A DNA stretch of 64,000 nt from Microbotryum violaceum (Eukaryota), in the NCBI GenBank assembly GCA_001244265.2, contig CDLV01000005.1:1798001-1862000 (forward strand), read 5' to 3'. The notes below the pieces were generated by a model. That model had not been told where the DNA came from, did not search any database, and saw nothing but the letters and a program-made list of their open reading frames with translations. Below, piece after piece: positions 44,961-57,569 of this stretch. Made by a program: the position numbers and the translations under genes. Numbering within the stretch: position 1 is the first letter of the stretch; each line of letters starts with the position of its first letter.

Positions 44961-46721
44961 ACGGATGGGAGTTCCGCAACTCTTGACTCTGTACTCCGCG
45001 CTCTTCCGCCTTCCCGCCGGATCTGCATCGCCCTTCTCGCACTGCGCTGTGTCCCTTCCCTCTTCGTCGCTATGCTCTCAACTCTCGCTCTGTCGCTTTC
45101 TCTTTTCAAACCTCAGATTAGTACTACTGCTAGATTCGGTCATCAAGCGCCGCCTACTCAATCCTCAAGATGATCCCTTATTTCTATTGCCTCCTCTGAT
45201 CTAGCTTTCCAGTTTCGTAGCGCGCTTCTCGCTGTCCTCTCTACAGCTCGAATATCGACAAAGGCAGCATCCTTGCTCTCGTAACTCGCTCTCGTCTCTC
45301 CTGAGAAGTCCCTGAAATATCTCTCTCGAACCGTTCCTCGTTTCTCGCCCCTCGTCTCGAGCCCCATCGTCCGGTTCACCCCTCCTATCTTTGCCCTTCG
45401 TGATAGCTGCTCAGCGGGCGAGGGCGACAGAAGAGTTACTCGAGGTACATACAGCTCGTATATGGACATACGTGACTGCGACTTTGCATTTGTCTGAGGT
45501 TATCTTAACAATTTGCACGGGTGGGCATTGTCATGCACTGTCACGCACGAGGGTGCGTGCGCTGAGAGGCGTCTCGATCCCGGGCGATATGAATGGTTCG
45601 CAGCGAGGCGCCGAGACTGCACGCCGGGGTAAAAGAGTGTATTGCTGTGCATCAACGTGAACGCGTCTGTATTGGTATTCCTGAGTGTAGATGAGGGTTC
45701 TACACGAGTATAGAGTGGATCCGACTTCACCTCAGCCTGCTCTAACGGTGTTTGGTTGCGCGGGGAGCCTGAGCCTCAGGTGCGCTTCAATCGATTCACG
45801 TCCCCCCTCGCACGTTCCTAGGCTGCCATGTCTCCTGCAGACATGCTCACTCTGCCACTGACGTTTCAAACTGTCCCGCTGATTGCTCCTCATGAACGTG
45901 GTCCTCGTCCTCTTATCCGCATCAATCGACGTAGTGCATTTGGCGGTGGGCGAAGGAAGACCTCTCGGCACGATGCAGCTTGCAGGAGGTCGAGTCGACT
46001 CATCCGAGCGCGTACAAGCTGTGCAAGGTCGTCCGGACGGCTTTGACTGAGAGGCAAGCAAGCTAGTATGACTATCCATTGATGTGCACATGCGTGCACA
46101 CGTCGGAAGTCTTCGGCTGGGGCGGCAGGTGGCAGCGACGGTGACTCGATCCGCGATCAGGCCTTCATTGGCACCGAGTGTGCACGGGGGCTGCCAGAGT
46201 CAATGCTTGCTTGATGCAAGTGGAACGTGGGTAGCCATCGAATGGGCTCGAACGTATTTAGTGGATTAGATGTTGCAGCTCAATGATCCCTTACTCGAGT
46301 ACCACGTCAGGTCCCGCCATCAGTGAGACCGCCCCAAAGTGGCCATTATACTCGCGCGCGTGGGCTGGCCGACGAGAGAGAAATTGCCAGCACCTCGGAA
46401 ATTCGTAGGCGGTAAATTCGCCGATGATCTCCTTTCAACAAGGTGCTTCTTTGCCAGGGGTCAGACTAAAGCTCGAGTACACTGGAGACCGGGGTTAAAG
46501 GCGTGAAAAATACCCGCCTGGCCTCCTCAGCAATTCGCCATCCGCCGGCTGTGCGACCTCGGCCTGCCTGAGCGACAGTGGTGTTAACCGGGAGGAGTCA
46601 ATCGACTCCGGATCGTCGCTCCCGGTGCCGGCACTAGACTCGGAGCCGCGTTGAACGTCTACTTGCGCGTCATTCTAGCCCACCCCAGTTCGGCCTCGTA
46701 CCTGTCACTCCTGCCACCACC

Positions 46722-48560
46722 ATGCTCGGATCCACGTCCAAGCGATTGCAAGGCCTCCCGTTTCGACCTCAGCTGGCCGTGGCTGCTGCTGCCAGGTTCC
46801 CCACAAGCCATCACGGCCGAGGGCGCGGACTTATTGCCATCGGCACTGGTGCCAGCCGTTCCGCCACACGACCAATGCACACGACCTCGTCCGCGGACGC
46901 TCGATTGGTGCAAGGGCACATCTCCATCACACCAGGGGCGACGATGCAACTTCCCCCTACGGTACCCATCCCCGTCGATCCCGGCACTCCGTCGGCAATC
47001 CGATCAACGCGTGTCCGCCGCGGTGACGCCAGCGGTGCCTCGGCTCAAGGTCAAGTCGGCCGACCAGCTGCAGGTCAGATCCCCGGCGTCGGCGCCGGCG
47101 CGGAGGGCGTCGCGAACCCGAACGGAGCCAGCAGGAACAGCAGCAGCTCTGGAATTTCCGGGGGCAAGGTTCTCGGTGACAAAGTGTCCGCGGCCACCGT
47201 CTGCCCACCTCCACTGATGGGCACGTCGCCGACGCCTGTCTCTCGCAAACTCAACTCGCTCGAACATCGAGGGCAACCGACGCAAGGCGCGGACTTGGGT
47301 TCGATCGTCGCGTTGGATCTTTTTCTTCTCCGCACCTTGGGTCAAATCTCTTTTGAAGCCGGCTCGGGAAAGCCGACCTACGCTAGTCTCGACGAACTGA
47401 TCAGGCAGAGTCGAGAGCGGAATGGCAAGGTGTTGGATCTGGACCTGCAGTACGAGTCAACGCCTGGGATCGAGCGGAGGGTTTCGACGGCGGTTTCTTC
47501 AGCGGGGGCCCTCGCCGAGTCCGCTTTAGGTGCTCGTCGACAGGAGCGACCGGACGAGTCGGAGTCGACGGCCCAAACTCAGAGTGGGGTTGTGACCGTC
47601 GCGCACGTCATGGGGGGCAAGCAACCAAGGGTCTCGGTCTGTTCGGGCTTTGCGATCGGCAACTCGGAGACAATCGTCACGTGTGCTCATACATTGGAAT
47701 CGGTGGGTATTTTCCCGTTCGATCTGTAGACGCGCGTGATTGACGCTGGGGCCTTTCCCCACCGCAGATTTCGCCCAACCTCGACCCATCGGCACCCTCC
47801 GTCTCACTTGTCCTCACGTCCTCGGGCCACGTCTTCCCCGTCCTCTCCCTCCTTTCATCGCTCCCCGCCTCGGACCTCGTCCTTCTCTCGATCCCCTCTA
47901 CAGCCCTGCGCAACCCGTCGTACCGGCTCCCACCCAAGCCAACGGACAGCTTCCCGCGTCTGCGATCGCTCCCCGTTTCTCCTTACCCTGCCCCGGTCGG
48001 GACCCGGATCGCGAGTCTGGAGTATTCGAGTCCCTTGGTGGGAGAAGGGAAGCGTCAGGTATTTGGATGGAAACATAGCTTGGTCGTCGAGTATCGCGAT
48101 TCAATGGGCCGCACGGCCGAGGTAAGTTACAGTTGGTGGATGTGAAACTCTAGTCGTGCTGCTTCACCATTGACTCGATGGTCCCTCTCTTGACTTAGAC
48201 GGGCACCTACGACGAGCTCTCTTCTCTCCGCTTCTCGAGCCTCCCCAACCCCGGAAGCTCAGGGGGACCCATCGTCGACATTGAAACGGGTGCAGTCGTT
48301 GGCGTGGTTAGAGGAAGCACGAAGGCCTACGGGGATCGTGAAGAACGAGGGTGGGGGACACCGGCGGAGAAAGTTTTTGAGGTGGGTTGCTCAAGAGCAC
48401 CGTTGAGGAACCACGAAATGCTGATGCATCGTCCTGGAACCCGTTGATTCTCTCGCAGTGGTTCAAGTTGCCAGGTTTCAAGATGAATAAGGACACGAGG
48501 ACCGTTGCTGCTACAGAAGGAGAGTCTAGGATTCAAGAGGGGAAGAAGCTTTCGAAATAG
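46722..48560 (+). CDS. Trypsin-like (Trypsin_2-type) serine protease, 4 exons, possible mitochondrial presequence
   Basis: Triad motifs CSGFAI..IVTCAHTLE (His), SDLVLL (Asp) and PGSSGGPIVD (Ser) across GT-AG introns. Last exon WFKLPGF ends at TAG 48558-48560; Arg-rich, acid-free N-terminus. Confidence 0.85.
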
Positions 48561-49085
48561 CCGCTGGATCTAGAGGTACAGAGGCATGGCTTTGGAAGAG
48601 TTCGTTTCGGATGTACATACATGCATGATTGGAGGTCGCGTCGTCTACAAGCACGTTTGCTCTCTTTGTTCCTTCAGCATTAGTTCGGCACTTTCGTGAT
48701 ATCCTATTAAGAGTGATGCCCCTTCGGGATGCAAGGGGCTTGTAACTTTCCCTTGTCGCGAGCATTTGCACGAAATAGCCAACGACTACGCAGATGCCTT
48801 TTTCGGCAGGCCGACTAGAGCTAGTTCATTGCACATGAGCTGCGAAGGGTATGCCTGGGCTTGCGGATGTACAAGCTTGCAAGAAAATTATTCGAGATCG
48901 CCTCCGCCAAGCGTTCGATCGCGGCATTCTGCTCCACTTTGCCGGCCCGGCACGACGAATGCGCCGTGTGCAATGTGTGGGCAGCATCAAGTGGCCAGAA
49001 TCGGAGCAAGGTGGGGTTATGTTTGAGCTTTAATTCAGATCATGCTTTTCCCACTGTTCAGTGTTTAGTAGGCCTTGACGATTGA

Positions 49086-49190
49086 TCAACACAGCTCGGG
49101 TGTCAACACAGCTCGGGTATCAACACAGCTCGGGGTTCAACACAGCTCGGGGTTCAACACACTCGGGGTTCAACACAGCTCGGGTGTCAA
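49086..49190. repeat. Minisatellite, 17-bp unit x6
   Basis: TCAACACAGCTCGGG(tg/ta/gt) tandem with no spacers; the fifth unit is 16 bp. Confidence 0.95.
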
Positions 49191-49386
49191 GACCTCGTCG
49201 ATCTTCGGCCCCACATGATCATCTCAGGGGCAAGTTTTTTCTTGACTCTCCGATGGGGCGAGTGTCAAAAGGGTATTACTGTTTCATCCCACTTAGAATA
49301 GTTTAGTATCTAGTTGTTGATATTAGCCGCGCGCGCGCCTCTAGCCTTCCAAGTGCGCGCGCCCTTAGCGCTTCTCTCTCTTCTCC

Positions 49387-49528
49387 AACTATCTTTACTA
49401 TCTTCTTCGGCTCTCGTGCTTACGTACATCGTGCCTCGGGCCTCAGGTTAGTCTTGCAATGCCGGAACTATCTTTACTATCTTCTTCGGCTCTCGTGCTT
49501 ACGTACATCGTGCCTCGGGCCTCAGGTT
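49387..49528. repeat. 63-bp exact direct repeat separated by 16 bp, possibly within an LTR relic
   Basis: aactatctttactatcttc...gggcctcaggtt at 49387-49449 and 49466-49528. Confidence 0.9.
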
Positions 49529-50332
49529 CCTAAAAGCGAGGACGGCAGTGTCTACATTGCGGGTTCATACGCAGGTTGACTAGGGCCCCGTTGAACTACT
49601 GTGAACGACAAGTTGCCCGGCACCCCGTAGAAATTTACTGTAAATCACGATCTTGCACCATCGCCAGTGCGTAGTAGATCACGACGCAGTGCCGACGGCT
49701 CGCGGCCATTTCCGGTGTCGGCATAACCAGTCCGAGAACATCACTCCTGGCGCCGAGTAGCTCACAGTCACTGCACCGACGCCAACGACGCCATCGTGAC
49801 GGGAAAGACTTGCCTAAGTCGTTTCGTTCCATTAGTGGTAGCGAGCGAGGCCTTTAGCTGGCTCAGATTGTCAAGAAATGAAGCGGATACATCCTCCGCC
49901 TCGATACCCACAACTCCCGCTCACCGCGGCGCGCTCAGGACCCCCGAAAGCCCAGCCTGAGGCGCGTAGGTAAAATCCGCCAAAATCGCCGATTTTGGAC
50001 CTCATTTGTCCACCAATTTTTGGATTTTTCGGCCAAAAAGGTCCCCCAAAAGTCCAGTCTATCTACGCGCCTCAAAAAATAGCTCTAGAATTGCTTTAAA
50101 TGCTCTAAAACATCTTCAAAAATCGCGAAAACGCCGTCCGGACGTTTTTCGCCTGGACCGAATCGCCGGAGCCCGCGCGCGCGTCAGCCGCTTCAGTTCT
50201 GCTTCGCCGAGGGCTCCTCACCTGCACTTACTGCCTACCTCTTTGACTATGATTTAACGTGGCCATGGTATACATGTAACTTACAACGAGAGGTAAGATC
50301 GGTTGCAGTCACGCTGCGAAGCAGTAAGCTAG

Positions 50333-51961
50333 CTACCGTGAGGTGTACGAACCAAGTCCAATCGACAGTTGTTCTTCTCCTATGTTGCTGGCACAACTGG
50401 CAGGTATTATGCCTCGTTTCAATACAAAGCAGACAAGAAAGCTGATTTTCAAAGGCGTAGCTGACGTTACGTTTCCGTCGATCGACCCAAACGGTGGGAT
50501 CTTGGCGAACGCCGTGTATTGCCTTGCTCGCAATTGCATCCGTACCTGGGCAAGAATGAACATTATTGATGAGCACTCTCTGGGCCATATGTGCAGAGCA
50601 CAATTGCAGCTCACGTATTTACGTCTGTCTTCGATGTACTCTATGTTTTCCGTCTCGTTTGCGGTCGAAAAGCGACTGAAGGTCCCTTGTTCTGTCCAAC
50701 GAATGGACCTCGCAACTCCTGACACGGCTTCGAGGCGGGCTGCACCCATTGAATGCACTAAGCCTCGGAGGACACTGGAGTGCACTTCACCGTGCTCGGA
50801 CAATTTTGCTTTTGATGTGGGATCGGAATCTTGGGCAGTCGAGGTGGGGGCGCCGTGCCTTCCCTTGAGTAGGACAGCCTTGAGGTGGGCACATTGATGT
50901 GCCCGACGGTGCTCGATCAAGCTTTTCGGATCAAGCGCAAGCTGACGAGTGTCGTGACGCAGAAGGGATGGGAGCCGAAGAATTTGAGCCTGTGAAAGAA
51001 TGCTGGTTCCATTTAGTGTTGCTACACGAAACCAATTGCTGAGATGAACCTACAGGACCCGGCAAGCTTTCATTTGCTGTTACAATGACGTCGAGCAGGA
51101 AGCGTTCCTCTGCTTGAGCATCGGCCTCGTCATAGGCCTGCTGAACGGCAAGCCTAGAATCGGAAGAGATGAGTTATCAGCTCAGAGGAGGCTGGTACAG
51201 GTCTCATTGCACTCAACTTACGGTGCAGTATCATTGTTAAGGCCAAGAGCAGCTAAAGAGCGAACAGCGTGTTCAACTGACTTCCGCTCTTTCGGCTCCC
51301 GACGAGACCTTTCTCCAAGCCACGTTGTCCATAGGAAAAGCATGAAAAATAATCCCAATCAACCGCGCCATCGAACAGACGAACAATTTGGCTGCTTACC
51401 AACGAAATCGAGCCGCGTGTGCAAGAACGCACTACACCCGAGGATCATTGAGGGGTATAGTGCTCCTCAATGAGCAGTGGCGGCAGCACCTCCAGAGCCT
51501 TAACGATGAGAGGCTGACTTTCGATGTCGACACCCAGATAATATTTCCATCTACTTTTGGCTACTGATAACGATCGAACGCATGCGCTCGGCGTAATCTA
51601 TATGCCGCCAGATCCTTTCGACACCGAAAGGCAGCCGGTGCCCAGCGATAGCAATTGACCGGTAACCTTGCTTACGCGCCGCAGTAATTGCTCCACGATC
51701 CTTGAACTTGTCCGTCCAAGCAGCGAGCGGCCTAGGAAGAGTATCAAACTCGAGAAGCTCGTCTGTTGACCATGAAAGCTGTATCTGGGTGTCTGCAATG
51801 GGTTGTCGAAGAGGAAGGCAAGAAGCTCGAGACACCCTCACGTTCAAGAAGGGTGCCATTCGCTCGAAATTATCGTCAAGAAGCTCGATATCCGGATCGT
51901 CTAGATACCTTTCGTCGAAGCTGGCTGAAGCGAGAACGTAGGATAATGACGATGATGGCAC
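50333..51961 (-). pseudogene. Intron-containing gene relic inside the TIR element, probably N- and C-terminal parts of an internally deleted transposase
   Basis: ORF pieces 51551-51961 (..GYRSIAIAGHRLPFGVERIW..) and 50333-50920 (LIEHRRAHQ..GVARSIRW..GNVTSATPL) with GT-AG introns and stops. No DDE core recognised. Confidence 0.45.
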
Positions 51962-52022
51962 AGACGACGCGACGCGGCGGGGGAGGCAAGAGACGGCGCA
52001 CTAAGACGAGACGGCTCGTTCA

Positions 52023-55000
52023 TTTTTTTTTTATCTAATAGATTTCATTAACAGCATATCTATATTAATGCCTAAAAATCCTCGGAAAAGACGGAGGGAA
52101 TGCAGTTAAGCACACTGGCGAGGCCAGTAGTGTGGGACTCGTTGACCTTGGAACAAAATCAACCATACCCACTAAAACCCCCTTAGGCGGTTACAGCGAA
52201 ACCAGTCGTCCCTTGGACTCCTGGATGGACGCGCGGAGCTCCTCAAATGCCGTTTCGGCGATCGGCTCCAGAGGATCCGACGAAAATCGACGGCGACGAG
52301 AGAGCTTCCAGATCGCGTGGAAGAAGAGTAGACGCAGCTCGACGGGTCGGCGTTCCGAGCGAGAAACGACCGGGCACACGAACTGAACAAAGTCGGGGTG
52401 TGGGATAGGAGTGAGCGCAGACCAGAGGCGGCGGGCAAACGGGCAACCGACCGCAAGGTGTGCCAGGGTCTCCGGAGCCTCCGACAGGCACATGACACAT
52501 GCGGTAGATCGATTGTGGAGAGAACGGCTATTTGGAGAAGCGATTTGGCTACCTGGATGAAGTGAACCTAGGGAGAGGAGGTGGGCCGTGTCTTCGGCGT
52601 CCGAATGAACCCTGCGAATCTTGCGTAGCGCCTTCCACCAGGCATTCCAGCGTTGCTCGGGGAGACAGAAAACCCTCTGATGACCGAGAGGGAGGATAGG
52701 AGGGTAGAGGAAGGCTTGGTGGCGTTTGGACGCGTTCACAAACGAAGACGGAGTCATCACCTCGCCATCGGGTCCTCGGAAAAGCGTCGGGTTCACCGAG
52801 AGTCGGATTCCGTGGCCTGCTGGGAAGTAGAGGACGTGTGTTGCCCACCGCTCCAGATTCGGGCTCTTGGAAAGTTCGGGGGGTTCAGCGTTGTCACCAA
52901 ATCCCAGGCTTCGAAATAGCGGATCCATCGTGGAGGGAGCAGGGCCTTCGTCTTCCTCACTGCGCGTTCCCACTGTGGAGGAGGGTGGCAAAAGTAGGCC
53001 CACCAGATCCAGACCCACGAGCGACGATGTGGGTTGGGGCCTGATTTGGGCAAGGTAAAGGGGTGCGTTCGTTCGCCGCCTGAAGGCGAGTGCGGATGTC
53101 GAAGAGGTGCCGAATGAAGCAGCCGTCCGGGTCCCGAAGATGAAAGACCCACTTGGCGTGATCGACCGCGAGGCGCCGAGGTAAGTCAATCAAGCCAAAG
53201 CCGCCGTGGTCGAGAGGGGTGCAGAGGCGCAGCCGAGAGACCTTCGGGGGTTTCTGAGATCCGTCCGAGGCTCGACCGTGGATAGCGATCATGACCGCGT
53301 CCTCGATCTCCTTGACGACGCTCTTGGAAGCTGGGATGAAACGATTATGGTAGAGAATCTTCGTGTAGCAGTAGATATTGATTATCGAACATTTCGCTGC
53401 GTACGGAAGGTCGTACATTGGGATGGATCGTATCCGGGCGACGGTCGCGGACTTGACCTCCTCCCAGCCCGCATCCTCGGCGATGTCCACCCCAACCTGC
53501 ACTCCCAGGTAACGAAACTGCGAGTCGCTGAGACGCCAGGACCCGAGGTGTGAAGGGATCGGACGGTCCCTGAATGACCCGAGGGGGTAGAGGAAAGATT
53601 TGGCGTTGCTGAGCTTGCTGGCACTTGCCCGCTCGTACAGCTCGATCGCCCGATTGAGGTGGTCGAGGTCCGAGGTGTCGTGGAGAGCACAGCAGGCATC
53701 GTCGGCAAAGAGAAGTTCTCGTATGGTTGGGAGTCCCGGGCTCGCGATGCCCTTGACTTGTGACCGCAACTGTACGGCGAAGCCCTCAATTGCGAGAACG
53801 AAGAGCGACGGAGCCAGCGGGTCGCCTTGTCGAACTCCCGAGAGGATATCGAACGCGGCCGAGAGCCATCCGTTGAGGTAGATTGAGGCGGATTGGTTTG
53901 TATAGGTCGCTCGGTACCATTGGCAGGCTTTCGGGCCAAGGCCAACGGCGCTGAGGACTGCATCGATGTAGGTGTGGGAAAGACGGTCGTAAGCCTTCTC
54001 GAAGTCCATCACTGCGAGCAGACCGGACACCGGCTCTGAACCCGGGAGCCCAGGATCCATGAGACACTGCACCTCGGCGATGTTCGTGCCAATCCAGCGG
54101 TTCGGAACGAAACCGCGCTGGGTCGAGCCGATCAGGGTCTCGAGCAGAGGGGCAAGGCGCTGGTTGTGGGCTTGGGAGATGATGCGTTCATCAGCGTTGA
54201 TGAGTGATATGGGGCGTTTGTTCACCAGCCGATCCCTCTCGCCGCGCTTGTGGATGAGGTGGATGTGGGCAGTGTGGCGGGCCGACGTTCGAGAACTGGC
54301 GTCGTCGGTGGGGATCGAGTTGATGACGTCGCGGAGGATGGGGCCTGTGGCTGTCCACGTTGCGCGGTAAAACTCGACCGGGAGACCGTCGGGTCCAGGC
54401 GAGGAGTTCGACTTACACGCCTCTTGTGCCTTTGTTATCTCCTCTAGGGGGTACGCTCCTTCGAGCTTGTCCGAATCGGCAGGGGATAGGCGAGTCGAGG
54501 CGAGACCGTCGATAATCTTCTCCAAGGCGGCGTCATCGATAGCGCGATCCTCGTAGACCCCTTCGAAGTACTTGCTAGCGGCTCCAAGCATCGAGTCGGG
54601 GTCGGAGTGGACGACATTGTCGACCGAGAGGGAAGGGATGAGGTCGGATGCGCGCACTTTGCGTAGGCGGATGAAGATGGAAGATGGGCCCGCGAGGGAA
54701 GGATCAATGCGGGACCGCAGCGCCGCGCCGTAGCGCGAGTGATCTGCCTTCGCCTCCTCCGATCCTCCACGTCGGAAGCGGGCAAGTGTGCGAGCCAGAG
54801 CCTGAAGCTCGGGCAGCAAGTGTTGTTTGGTGGACGTCCAAGCTGCTGATGGGTCGTCGGGCGTCTGGAGGAGGGCTTCATTGTAGAGGGCCTGGACAGT
54901 GGAAGTGAGGTATTCGCAGGTCGCGTCGCCCTCGATCACGTGCAAACCCAACTTGAATTTACCCGGACCGATGTCGATTGCGCCCGGCACTTGGAACCGC

Positions 55001-56365
55001 GCCGCCACCATCGAGTGCGTCGATTTGAGGACAGGAGCCCAGATTTTGTGGTCGTGGAAGAGGTCGACCCAATCAGGCGAGACATAGATGCGGTCAAGGC
55101 GACGGCACGTGCCGGGCGCTGAGCGATTCGTCGTGGCTCGTCCTTTGGGATGGTGAAGCCGATAGACATCAAAGAGGTTGTTGGCCGTGGCAAGGTCGCG
55201 CATCTCCTGGCCCCCATAATTCGTCCCGTTTTGGTTCTCCGAATCGAGGGGTTGGGACTCAACACAATTCCAGTCCCCCCGACTAAGAGCGCAGGCGGCG
55301 AGGGCTCGTCGCGCACGACTTGTCGGAGGGCTGTGCTGAGATGTGAGAGGAAACGCTTTTTGTCTGGCTTGTCGGAGGAAGGCGCGTATATTGATACAAC
55401 CCGGATTTTTGAGTCTCCCACGCGAAAGGTGGCGTCGGTGACTCGGTCGGGGAAAGCGAAAGAGGCACGAAGAGTGTTGGGAGGTGACTCGGGATCAATA
55501 GTGATGACCACGGAGTCGCTCTTCCAGAGTATAGCGGTGTTGTTGAGAGGAGTGAAAAGAGCGGAGAGCTTTAAGTCTTGGCACTCCTGAGTCCACTGGG
55601 CAACCCTTTCCGGGGAAGGTCGGCCCGTTTCGCTCAGGAGAAAGACATCGGCGTTATGGGAGCGGAGATTGGAGAAAAGAGAGGCACGCTTACGATCTTC
55701 ATTGATTGACTGCACGTTGGCAGCAACAAAAGACACGTTTGGGATCTTAATTGTGCTCATCGTCTTGCTCCATAACGTCGTCCACGTCCTCGGGGGTGCT
55801 TCTTGGTCTTTGCCTTCTTCTTCGGCATCTTCGTCGGCGTCGGTGGCATCGGGTCGGGCTTTGATCGCTGAGGGCAACGGCGAGGAGGGCCGGGGGTTCG
55901 GCTCGGAGGCTTCGGGGGCAGGCGGAGTGGGCGGGTCTTCACGAGTGGCTGGTGTGGAGAGGGCAGCAATTGACTGGGAACGAGTGATGATCGTCTTTGG
56001 CGTTGGTGTGGCCGGAGCAGGGCTTGGGGGCGAAGGGGTCGTCTCCGAGCTGGGGGACTCGGAGGATTTTTCAACGAGGGGAGGGGCAGTTGACTGGTTG
56101 GAGGCGGGCAGGGGGGCGGAGTTGGGAGGGAAATTGAAGGAGAAACCGGGGCGAGGAGTCTCCGACAGGGGTTCAGGCTGAGCCCTGTTAGATGGATCTT
56201 GGGGCTGGGCAGCCAGGTCCTGGTCTGGGTTCACTCGACGTTTTTTGGTCTTCAACGAGCGGTCGGGCGCGGGTGGCGCAGGGATCGACTTGGAGGCCGG
56301 GGGGGCTTTGGTCATGGTGGAGGCTTGCGCGGCACGTGACTCGGGAGTGCCCTGGGGTCTCGACG
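52023..56365 (-). mobile_element. L1/Tx1-like LINE, 5'-truncated in ORF1, inserted in the TIR element
   Basis: Poly(A) at 52023-52032; ORF1 remnant GHSRVTC (end of a Zn knuckle) with Pro-rich and acidic tail; full-length ORF2. The 5' boundary is approximate and no TSD was found. Confidence 0.92.
52191..55760 (-). CDS. LINE ORF2 (APE endonuclease, reverse transcriptase, C-terminal Zn finger), ~1190 aa if three 1-nt frameshifts are corrected
   Basis: ANVQSIN..LLSET..SIYAP..GGDWNC..RLDRIYV..THS; SPGPDGLPVEFY, RPISLIN, DFEKAYDR, GVRQGDPLAP, LLFADD, YLGV; CVMC..ETLAHLAVGC. Shifts at G/C runs near 55278, 53062 and 52880. Confidence 0.9.
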
Positions 56366-57569
56366 CGAAATCGAACCATTAGAGCCCTTGTTGTAAATTC
56401 GGTACAGGCCAGAGTGTTTCGCGCGCGCTCCGCACGTTCTTGAGGGTCGGCAAACTCTGGCGCACCAAGCCGAATGTGGCTGAAATGGGTCCAGATTTGT
56501 CCACTGGCACCTACGGGCCTAGGACCCCACCCGCACCGGCGCACTCTGATTTGTCCACCCCCGACTACGCGCCTTCGCGATTTTGGCCCATCTGAGGCCC
56601 ACAATTTGTCCAGTCGGGCACTACGCGCCTCAGGCCGAGCTTTCGGGGGTCCTGCGCGCTCTCACAGTCTACGCCGGCGAAGCCACCCCGTCCCAAAAAG
56701 TTGCACGATACCAATGCCTCTCGGGCGGTATGCTCCATTGCTCATAATACTACTTGGTCTGTCGCCAATCTAAAATCGAGGGTCATCGACGTTAGCGGCT
56801 GCGCTGTTCAGCCGACGGCCCAGCGACTATTGCGCTAGTGCGTTGGAGGGGTGCCTCCTGAGTTCGAGCTCAAGGTTCTGGCTCTTACTCGTACCACACC
56901 CTCTCCTCCCGCTTCACCATGGTACCACTCGTATGGCCGAAGAAGCATGGTACCCACACAGGCCTGCTCGATCTCAGCGACTGATCACGCACTACTCACC
57001 GACCAGTGATGCGCTGCTGTGCCTTGACTTCTGCGTGCGCTCTTGCAAGTGACGAGCAGCATCATCGATCGAGTATCTCCGCCTATTCCCGGCTGCTTTG
57101 GTCCTATTTGTCCACCGGATCATTGCTGACCCATTTCTTTGCTGGTTTCCTCCACGTTGCAGGACCCAATCCTGCCCTCTGCTCTCCGCTCACTTCTAGG
57201 AGGCTTTGGTCAACCGTCGGATATGGCTTCAGTTTACCTCCTTTCGCGGTTTCGCGTTTAGTCCAGTTCCGCGCATTATTTGCTCTGTGGTCTGTATCGG
57301 AGACTCTTAAAGGGTTGATGTGAGTTGTGTCTGGTCGTTGTCACACGTAGTATTGGGAAATGCAAAGATCATGCTGATTCTCGCAACTCTTTGCGACGTC
57401 GTACCCGTTGTTCTGCTTGTGACCGAGCGCGCCGCCCCGAGCGACCGTAATAGATTTCATCGCATCCAGCTCTTCCCCTGGCACCCGACACGATCCCTAC
57501 CCTGCCTATCACATGAAAGGGTGCGCTCTCCACTGGAAGCCTCATCACATGAAACGGTGAGCTTCTCAC

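Larger units (their letters stand above)
49937..56653 (-). mobile_element. TIR DNA transposon of unassigned superfamily, non-autonomous (~2.4 kb without the nested LINE)
   Basis: 33-bp TIRs AGGACCCCCGAAAGC(CCA/TCG)GCCTGAGGCGCGTAG at 49937-49969 and 56621-56653 (31/33 match); 8-bp TSD GCGCGCTC at 49929-49936 and 56654-56661; subterminal ATTTGTCCA and CTACGCGCCT repeats. Confidence 0.88.

Noticed and set aside
49086-49190. CRISPR-like array
   Set aside because: Units are contiguous with no unique spacers, there are no cas genes, and the context is eukaryotic; it is a minisatellite.
54936-56315. Natural ORF1-endonuclease fusion protein (459-aa ORF)
   Set aside because: Better explained by a 1-nt loss in a C run; the alternative frame gives an acidic ORF1 tail with its own stop and a separate ORF2 ATG.
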